Shown here in pieces: positions 57,302-64,000 of a stretch of 64,000 bases of DNA (the stretch's first letter is position 1; every line of letters starts with the position of its first letter). A program made the translations under genes and the position numbers. The stretch covers positions 120,951 to 184,950 of the forward strand of contig JAIOPI010000022.1 in assembly GCA_021413965.1 (NCBI GenBank), given 5' to 3'. Origin of the DNA: Lentisphaerota bacterium. Its GTDB lineage: Bacteria; Verrucomicrobiota; Kiritimatiellia; UBA8416; JAIOPI01. Under the pieces are notes generated by a model, which worked only from the letters and a program-made list of their open reading frames with translations, made no database searches and had not been told where the DNA came from.

Positions 57302-59227
57302 ATGCGCAGGATGAATGGAGCCAAGCAATTTAAGCCAGCCACCGTGCTGTTGGCCTGCATCGTGATGGCTGCACTGGCAGCCCCGTTGTTCTCCGCCGAC
57401 GAACCGGTGGTTGGGATTCCGTCCCCCACCATGACCGCCCCCGACTCGCCCCAAGTGCCGCCCGCGCCGTCGCCCGCGCCCCAGACGACAGAGTCCGACG
57501 CCACGCCCCCGGTCGAAACCGCCGCCCAGATTGCACAGGAGGCAGGCGGGGATCACGTTATTCCCCTCAAGGCAGATGAGAAGACTGGCATTGAAAATCT
57601 CGAGGGGCAGAACCTGATCAACGTCACCGTGGAAAACGAGACGCTTGAAAACGTTGTGAATATGTTCGCCCGCATCTCGGGAGCCAACATCGTCACCACA
57701 TCGGCCGATCTCGGCGGGACCGTCACGGTCAATCTGCGCGGCGTGGAATGGAAGCCGGCCCTCTCCTCGATTCTGGATGTCCACGACCTCGCGCTGATCG
57801 AGAAACTCCCAGGATCCGGTGTTTATACCATCGTTCCCAAACCCTCCGGATCGACCGAACCGCTGATTGTTGAAACCCTGTTCCTCAATTTCACGACCGT
57901 ACCGGAAATGGGCCCCCTCGTGCGCTCGATGCTTGGCGCCGTCTCGAATGCCGCCGTGTCCGAGTTTCCATCGCGCAATGCCATGGTCATCAAGACCACG
58001 GAACCCAACATGCGGGAGATTCGTACGCTCGTGCAGCAGATGGACGTGCCCGGGCGCCAGGTCGTCGTCGAAACCAAGTTCATGGAACTCACCGACAGCG
58101 CCTCCAAGAAGCTGGGAATCCGCTGGGACTCCCTCGACGAGTGGAGCACCTCGCTATCCTTGCAGCCGCTCAACTATTCGCGTGAAATTGCCCGCAATAG
58201 CTCACGGAACAGCGAAAACAATTACGCCGACACCAAGCGGGCAGCCTTTGACCAGGACGGCAAGCGCTACTCTGATCCCACCGACTGGGAATGGGTCGAT
58301 GGCAACCCCGACAATCCCGACGATGGCTTCTTGAATGGCACCGTTCCTCCTGGCAGCGCCTCGCATGAAACCCTGGAGGAGCATACGTCGACGGACAGTT
58401 CGACCTACTCCAAGGATACCGCCGAAGCCCAGTCCGCCGTGCTCGATGTGGCGGAGTTCAAGACCGTGATCAGCGCCCTGGAAAAGACTGCAGGCGTCAG
58501 CGTCATTTCAAATCCAAAACTCATCGTGGCAAGCGGATCAAGGGACGCGTACTTCACCGTTGGCGAACGAGAGCCTATCATCCGCACGGAAGTGCAGCGC
58601 GGTACGCAGGATAGCCCCGGTGACCAGATCACGGCCGAACTCGATTCCGCCTTGAACACGGAGTACATCAAGCAGGGCTATCTCCAGACCGGGATTCATC
58701 TGCAAGTCATTCCCGTGGTCAAGACCGAGGACTTGATCGAGGCCAGCATCGAACCCAAGCTGGTTCGCCGGCTTCTCCCGGACAAGGTTGTCGGCGAGAA
58801 TTCCTGGCCGCGCATTGCCGTTAAGGAGATCAAGACCACCTTCACCCTGCGCAGCGGGCAGACCGTGGCCATTGGCGGCCTGACGGATACCAGCGATGAC
58901 AAGCAGGTTACGAAAATCCCCCTCCTGGGCGACATTCCGCTCCTCGGCAAGTATCTCTTCTCTCACACCGCCGACATCAAGAAGCAGATTGAAACCATCA
59001 TCTTCGTCACGCTGTCACTGGCCGAGGCGAATACGCTGTACCGGGAAGCCGGCATTCCCGAGGACGCGGAACTCGTACACAAGAAACTGATCCAGAGCGA
59101 ACACCGCCGCAGGAATTTCGAAAGCGAGCTGGACGGAATTCGTAAAGCGACTCAGGAAGAGGAACGCCAGGCCAAGGAAGATGAGGCCGCCAAGCGCTCG
59201 CGCACCAACCTCAAACGGCACAAGTAG
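57302..59227 (+). CDS. pilQ: Secretin (PilQ/GspD/MshL family)
   Basis: N0 domain (ANIV..GTVTVNL..V.W..AL), N3 domain, QVVVETKFME, SNPKL, TGIHLQVIP, SGQTVAIGGL, KIPLLGDIPLLG.LF; no AMIN domains. Confidence 0.92.
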   Translation: MRRMNGAKQFKPATVLLACIVMAALAAPLFSADEPVVGIPSPTMTAPDSPQVPPAPSPAPQTTESDATPPVETAAQIAQEAGGDHVIPLKADEKTGIENLEGQNLINVTVENETLENVVNMFARISGANIVTTSADLGGTVTVNLRGVEWKPALSSILDVHDLALIEKLPGSGVYTIVPKPSGSTEPLIVETLFLNFTTVPEMGPLVRSMLGAVSNAAVSEFPSRNAMVIKTTEPNMREIRTLVQQMDVPGRQVVVETKFMELTDSASKKLGIRWDSLDEWSTSLSLQPLNYSREIARNSSRNSENNYADTKRAAFDQDGKRYSDPTDWEWVDGNPDNPDDGFLNGTVPPGSASHETLEEHTSTDSSTYSKDTAEAQSAVLDVAEFKTVISALEKTAGVSVISNPKLIVASGSRDAYFTVGEREPIIRTEVQRGTQDSPGDQITAELDSALNTEYIKQGYLQTGIHLQVIPVVKTEDLIEASIEPKLVRRLLPDKVVGENSWPRIAVKEIKTTFTLRSGQTVAIGGLTDTSDDKQVTKIPLLGDIPLLGKYLFSHTADIKKQIETIIFVTLSLAEANTLYREAGIPEDAELVHKKLIQSEHRRRNFESELDGIRKATQEEERQAKEDEAAKRSRTNLKRHK

Positions 59228-59239
59228 CAGGCGGATGGG

Positions 59240-60916
59240 ATGAGGTTGTTCTCGAAAGAGGCGACTCGCTATGCGGTCCTGCTGATCTGCATGTTCGGGA
59301 TTGCGGCCATTGCCGTCTGGCATGTGCTCGGCTACTTGGGAGACCGTCTTGAGACGCATGATTACGCCGTCGCCTCGATCCTGATCTGCGTTATCACGTT
59401 CGGGTTCATGCTCATCGCCGGCGCCTTCGGGTTGTGGGGCATACAGCTGGCCGCCGCCGCCGAGGGCCGCCGCCGGGTGGCGCGACTGATCGAAGCCATG
59501 GATTACATCCAGGATGGGCTCATTGCGATCGACCGCAGGGGGCGCGTCACCGGATCGAACCCCGCCATCAAGCGTATCACGGGTTCCGAGGTCGAGCCCA
59601 ACCAACCCTTGCAGGCTGCATTCGCCTGCCTGAACGAGCACGATGTCGCCGCGTTCCTGGCCGCGGCGGACCCCGATGAAATCGAGCGGAAGCTGTTCCT
59701 CCCGACAGGGGTGCGGACACTTCGATTCCGCAGCCAGCCCATCGAGGGCATGATTCTTCTGCTCGTCAGCGATGTCACGCGCATGGAAGTCCTGCGACTT
59801 CACAATCGCTTCGTGGCGCGCCTGCAACTCATCGGCCAGATCGCACGAGGCGTGGCCTTTGATTTCAACAACCTCCTGTGCGCCATTGCCGGGCATGCCG
59901 CGTTGCTTACCCGCTTACCTGCCGACTCCCCGGAGGTCCCCCGCTCGATACGCGCCATTTCCAAAGGTGCCGAGCGCGGAACCACCCTGGCAGCGCACCT
60001 GCTGGAATTGTCCATGCCGGTGCCGTCCACCGCCTTCCCGCGCATGAGCGTGGAGTATCTGCAGGTCGCCATCAGCAGCTTGCGTGACAGCCTCTCGGAG
60101 GCCTGGCAGATCGACGCCAAAGTCACGGCGGTCCCCCCCATGTCGCTGACCGGCATTAAGATTGAACAAGTCATCCTCAACCTCGGACTTCTCGTGGCCG
60201 ACCGTGCCGCCACGCCAGGAACCCTCCGCGTCGTCGTATCGTCCCCCCGCGATGATGATCCACTTCTCAACGTCGGCCCGCAGTTCGCCGGCATCCTGCT
60301 CGTCGCCGCGACCCCGCTGGATGTCGTCGCCCAGCCTGACGTGATTCGCGATGATGCGGGCTCGTCCGGCGTCATCGTCTCCGTCATTCGAACCATGATC
60401 GAGCAGGCCAGCGGCACGCTGGAGTGCTTCCGCGGCAGTGACGGGTCGCCCATCTATCGGGTCGCCCTGCCCCATGAAACGACATTGGTGGCCGACTCGT
60501 CCCATCCGGGGTACGCCGCCGAGCTCGCGCCCTACATCGCCAACTGGCGCGTCTTGGTACTGACCCCACAGGGCGAGCGCCATCACCGGATCCAGGAGTA
60601 CTTGCGCAATTACTCGGTGAACGTGGAGGTCATGGACAACATTGTGTCCGCGCTGGCTCGAATGGAAAACAAGAGACAGCTCGATGCCTTGATCATCGAC
60701 CAGCGGGTCATCCCCATGGAGGCAAAAGGACTCTTGCGGGCCGTCATGAAGCTGTGTCCCGCCGCCGCCCTCGTTGTGCTCAACGCGGAACCCGGGACGG
60801 AGGAAGCCGCACTGGCGGCGGAAGTCGTCTTTGTCCGCTACACGGACCCGGAAGACCAGCTGCTGCGGGCACTGGTTGAAGCGCGCAGCCTCGCCATGAA
60901 GCGCCGCGTCGCGTGA
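59240..60916 (+). CDS. Membrane PAS-pseudo-histidine kinase-REC protein
   Basis: 2 TM segments, PAS, H-box GVAFDFNNLL (His replaced by Phe), eroded N/G boxes, C-terminal REC-like domain (LIID). Confidence 0.8.
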   Translation: MRLFSKEATRYAVLLICMFGIAAIAVWHVLGYLGDRLETHDYAVASILICVITFGFMLIAGAFGLWGIQLAAAAEGRRRVARLIEAMDYIQDGLIAIDRRGRVTGSNPAIKRITGSEVEPNQPLQAAFACLNEHDVAAFLAAADPDEIERKLFLPTGVRTLRFRSQPIEGMILLLVSDVTRMEVLRLHNRFVARLQLIGQIARGVAFDFNNLLCAIAGHAALLTRLPADSPEVPRSIRAISKGAERGTTLAAHLLELSMPVPSTAFPRMSVEYLQVAISSLRDSLSEAWQIDAKVTAVPPMSLTGIKIEQVILNLGLLVADRAATPGTLRVVVSSPRDDDPLLNVGPQFAGILLVAATPLDVVAQPDVIRDDAGSSGVIVSVIRTMIEQASGTLECFRGSDGSPIYRVALPHETTLVADSSHPGYAAELAPYIANWRVLVLTPQGERHHRIQEYLRNYSVNVEVMDNIVSALARMENKRQLDALIIDQRVIPMEAKGLLRAVMKLCPAAALVVLNAEPGTEEAALAAEVVFVRYTDPEDQLLRALVEARSLAMKRRVA

Positions 60917-60935
60917 CGTCCAGAGCGCCAGCTCC

Positions 60936-61814
60936 TCACACCAAGTCAAAGGCGCCGAGAATCCGCTCACGGCCAAGGAGGATGTTGTCGATCAGGCGCG
61001 TCCCCCCGATGCGCGCCGCCATGGCCAGCAGCACGCCATCCGCCAACGTGCGAACCGGCTCAAGCCGCTCAAAATCGACAGCTTCCACGTAATCGATGGC
61101 GACGGGCGCGGCAACCGTTTCGCAATGCTTGCGCATCTGGCGGCACACCTCATCGGCATCCCGCACCCCGCGCTGGTAAGCGCCCTCGCCCAGGCGCAGA
61201 GCCTGCGACAAGGCACAGGCACGCCGCCTCTCATCCTCCGTCAAATAGCGATTGCGCGAACTCAAGGCGAGCCCATCCGCTTCACGTACGGTCGGGGCAA
61301 TCAAGACTCGCACCGGCATATGCAGGTCGCGAACCATCCGCTGAATCAAGCGTGCTTGCTGGGCATCCTTTTGTCCAAACATGGCCACCGCAGGCTGCAC
61401 CATATTGAAGAGCTGCGCCACGACCGTCAGTACGCCCCGAAAATGCCCCGGCCGATGGGGCCCGCACAAGCCGCGCGTCAACCGGCCTTCCACAACGTAT
61501 ACGCTGTGATCCCCGGCATACATGTCTTCGCGCGGCGGGCAGAAGAGCATATCGACGCCGGCCTCCCGGCAGACAGCCTGGTCGGCGTCGAGTTGGCGCG
61601 GATAGCGGTCAAAGTCCTCCAGCGGGCCAAACTGCGTCGGATTGACAAAGATGCTGGCCACGAGTTTGTCGGCTTGTGCGCGTGCCGCACGCAAGAGAGT
61701 GGCATGTCCCGCGTGCAAGGCCCCCATGGTCGGGACGAGCGCGATTCGCTGCCCCATGCCGCGAACACGGTCACGCCATGCCGCCAGCTCACGTGGTGAC
61801 GAATATACCAGCAT
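60936..61814 (-). CDS. panC: Pantoate--beta-alanine ligase
   Basis: VPTMGALHAGH, SIFVNPTQF, RPGHF.GV, FGQKDAQQ, READGLALSSRN, TRLIDN. Confidence 0.97.
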   Translation of the reverse strand: MLVYSSPRELAAWRDRVRGMGQRIALVPTMGALHAGHATLLRAARAQADKLVASIFVNPTQFGPLEDFDRYPRQLDADQAVCREAGVDMLFCPPREDMYAGDHSVYVVEGRLTRGLCGPHRPGHFRGVLTVVAQLFNMVQPAVAMFGQKDAQQARLIQRMVRDLHMPVRVLIAPTVREADGLALSSRNRYLTEDERRRACALSQALRLGEGAYQRGVRDADEVCRQMRKHCETVAAPVAIDYVEAVDFERLEPVRTLADGVLLAMAARIGGTRLIDNILLGRERILGAFDLV

Positions 61815-61843
61815 GTTCGACGATCACTCCTGCGTTGACGAGC

Positions 61844-62230
61844 TCAGTGCAAGCGCGTGCGGATGGCGCGAACCAAAACCTCACCCTTGACAGGCTTGGA
61901 CAGGAAATGGTGCAAGGGCGACCCCTTGATGATATCACGCACTGTCGCCGGCGGTGCAAAACCGGTGCAGAAGATGACGGCGGGCATTTGCACGCGCGCC
62001 GCGTCACAGAACTGCTTGATGGCGCCAAAAGCCGTCAGGCCATCCATGACCGGCATATGCAAGTCCATGATCAGCACCTGGTGATGGCCACAGCGAAAAA
62101 GTTCCAACGCCTCCGCCCCGTTGCTGGCCTGATCGAGTTGGACGTCAGGGAGATCCTGCGAAATTATGGTGGAGAAAAGCCCCCGGATGCCCTCTTCGTC
62201 GTCCACGATCAATACACGCTCTTCGTCCAC
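61844..62230 (-). CDS. Single-domain response regulator (CheY-like)
   Basis: VLIVDDE, MDLHMPVMDG, CTG, LSKP; GTG start with GGAG RBS. Confidence 0.88.
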   Translation of the reverse strand: MDEERVLIVDDEEGIRGLFSTIISQDLPDVQLDQASNGAEALELFRCGHHQVLIMDLHMPVMDGLTAFGAIKQFCDAARVQMPAVIFCTGFAPPATVRDIIKGSPLHHFLSKPVKGEVLVRAIRTRLH

Positions 62231-62415
62231 GGGCACTCCGGTTGATTCAGCGCCGCACCGTTGCGAATGATTCGACATCTCGACCATCATTGCCTACCCC
62301 CGAAAACAATGGTGTATCGTTTACTCGATATTGGAGTGTGAAAGCAAGACTACGTCGTCCCGATGTGATCGCCCGTTCGCTTGCCGATGACCCGCACACG
62401 CGCCCTCGCGCGTCC

Positions 62416-63345
62416 TCAGTTGGAAGGTTCCATGGCCTCCATCTCGACCACAGGATAGCGCACACCACGCATCCATGTTTCACACCCCTCGACAGACACC
62501 TTTTGCCCTTCGTACGAGGCGATCTGTTTTTCATCGCCCATGACGTAGCACTGCGTGATGGCGCTACCCAATGCGGGTTCGTCAACCAGCCGGAATCGGC
62601 TCGGCCTCCGCCAGACGGCCATGCCCGCCGGCCTGATGACACCCACATACCGCACCCTCCGGACGGCGGCACCGGATGGTTGAATGGCTTCGACTGGGCC
62701 CCTGCCTCCTGCAGGACTTGCGCCTGAAGCCTGTATCGAGGCCTGGATGCCCTCTGTAGCCACCGAACTCCCCGTGGGCGACGTCTGCCCCGAACGCCAG
62801 GCAGGCTCCGCAGGTGGCCCGTGGACGGCCTCCATGGCGTCCTCGCCTGGGACCGCGACGCGCTTCACAAAGTTCGCATTCACCCAGAGGCGAGCATTCG
62901 GTGGCGGGGCGATTCGCAGCCAGTCGCCGTCTCGCCCCACGGCCGTAACAGGGTCACCTTTGGCGAGTTTGGCGACGGCCCGGTAGTTGATCCCCGGGCC
63001 GCCGCGGACGCGTAAATTGTCAACGGTCGCATGATCGTCTTGAATAAGCTCGGCATGTACCCACAAGACGGCTGCCGGTGGTGGCACAATACCCAGCCAG
63101 TCTCCGCTGGGTTCACCACGCAACTGAAGCCGATCGCCTGCCGAAACCTGCGTGACGACTTCGCCGTCGCTGGCAGGACAGGACCGGAGATTTACGTGAT
63201 CGGCCGTGATTTCAACAAACGTGGACTCGGCAAAAAGTGGACAAGTCGCTTGTGCCACGAACAGGAAGAGCAGACAGGCAGGCCGACGCCTGAGAAGTCT
63301 CGCATGGCAGGCGCGAACGAAAGGCGGCATCTGCGACGAGGTCAT
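62416..63345 (-). CDS. Secreted protein with two bacterial SH3 domains
   Basis: VNLRSCP..GDWLGIVPP..WV and NLRVRGGPGINY..GDWLRIAPP..WV; start uncertain. Confidence 0.8.
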   Translation of the reverse strand: MTSSQMPPFVRACHARLLRRRPACLLFLFVAQATCPLFAESTFVEITADHVNLRSCPASDGEVVTQVSAGDRLQLRGEPSGDWLGIVPPPAAVLWVHAELIQDDHATVDNLRVRGGPGINYRAVAKLAKGDPVTAVGRDGDWLRIAPPPNARLWVNANFVKRVAVPGEDAMEAVHGPPAEPAWRSGQTSPTGSSVATEGIQASIQASGASPAGGRGPVEAIQPSGAAVRRVRYVGVIRPAGMAVWRRPSRFRLVDEPALGSAITQCYVMGDEKQIASYEGQKVSVEGCETWMRGVRYPVVEMEAMEPSN

Positions 63346-63404
63346 GACGGAACCTGCGCGCGTGCACCATCTGGGTGGCCGAGCACGAACCAACCGGGCT
63401 AGGC

Positions 63405-63557
63405 TCAGGCGCCCTTGGTCTTGGGCAATCCGTAACCACGGTCGCCGCTCTTCCACTTGCCGCGTGACCGAAGCAGATCGACACGCTCGAAACGCTTGAG
63501 CACATTTCGCTTGGCGGCAATCTTGCTGGCAGACTTGAGGCTCGTATGTTGGCTCAT
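63405..63557 (-). CDS. PVC-superphylum signature small basic protein (TIGR04137-like)
   Basis: MSQHTSLK...KRNVLKRFERV..L...GKW......GLPKTK; GGAG RBS. Confidence 0.88.
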   Translation of the reverse strand: MSQHTSLKSASKIAAKRNVLKRFERVDLLRSRGKWKSGDRGYGLPKTKGA

Positions 63558-63675
63558 TCGCGCTAAACTCCATGTCCTGCGTTGGGGCGTAGAAGTCGGG
63601 CCCGGCAGGCAGGCACCCTTCATTTCCCATTAGATTGAAGTGTTTAGTGTCTCAGATTGGTCGCGTAAGTCAAAC

Positions 63676-64000
63676 TCAAACTGGCCCACTTCCCGGCGCG
63701 CGATCAGCCGGCGAAGCGTTCTGCAACTCGCGCATCAGCGATTCAGCCGCGGCGCTTTCGGCCGCCTGCTTGCTGCGTCCCTTGGCCGTGGCCTGCAACC
63801 CATTTGGCAGGGCGACGGATACGGTGAACTCCGTGGCGTGGGCCGGCCCCGCCAGCGCGACGACCTTGTACACAGGGCTCTCTTTCCACTGCGCCTGCGC
63901 GTACTCTTGCAGCGCACCCTTCGGATTGTCATCGGCCAGATCACCGCCGGCGGTCACGAGACGCGGTCGGATCACCCGGTCGAAGATCTTCCCCGCCGCC
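63676..64000 (-). CDS. rnc: Ribonuclease III, C-terminal dsRBD (5' part outside the window)
   Basis: DNPKGALQEYAQ..P.Y..GPAH..EF..KGRSKQAAESAAA. Confidence 0.85.
   Translation of the reverse strand, partial: AAGKIFDRVIRPRLVTAGGDLADDNPKGALQEYAQAQWKESPVYKVVALAGPAHATEFTVSVALPNGLQATAKGRSKQAAESAAAESLMRELQNASPADRAPGSGPV

Overview
GC-rich bacterial chromosome segment, most likely from the PVC superphylum (Kiritimatiellae/Lentisphaerae/Verrucomicrobia-like). The evidence is the PVC signature small basic protein (63405-63557) and two giant secreted proteins with a shared DxDxDG...EY...FYR[VI] C-terminal module. The window holds: a sugar-catabolism-like trio; a tandem pair of CbcL-like 11-heme cytochrome c/cytochrome b fusions; a PHP hydrolase; an LRR lipoprotein with a PAS kinase; an OMP; mpg; birA; pckG; tRNA-Glu(CTC) followed by gene scars and an oxyR-katG pair with a near-consensus OxyR operator; a YfhO/ArnT-like double GT-C fusion; panC; and the end of rnc. 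The dominant system is a type IV filament machine split over two loci. One locus is a GspG-like pilin plus sigma54-driven pilV/W/X. The other is exeA-exeB, a stand-alone MshEN-like gene, pilB-pilC-pilR-pilA and pilMNOPQ. The most unusual signal is that its apparent regulators look catalytically dead: a PilT with all ATPase motifs lost, translationally coupled to a degenerate Hpt-REC-GGDEF(I-site)-REC-REC protein; a His-to-Phe pseudokinase after pilQ; and a PAS-PAS-HisKA protein with no ATPase domain. Other highlights are a PilW-like pilin with a nested, circularly permuted CBM-like domain, Thr-Asn enrichment in exported proteins, and several apparently leaderless genes. All calls come from manual motif reading; no database searches were run.
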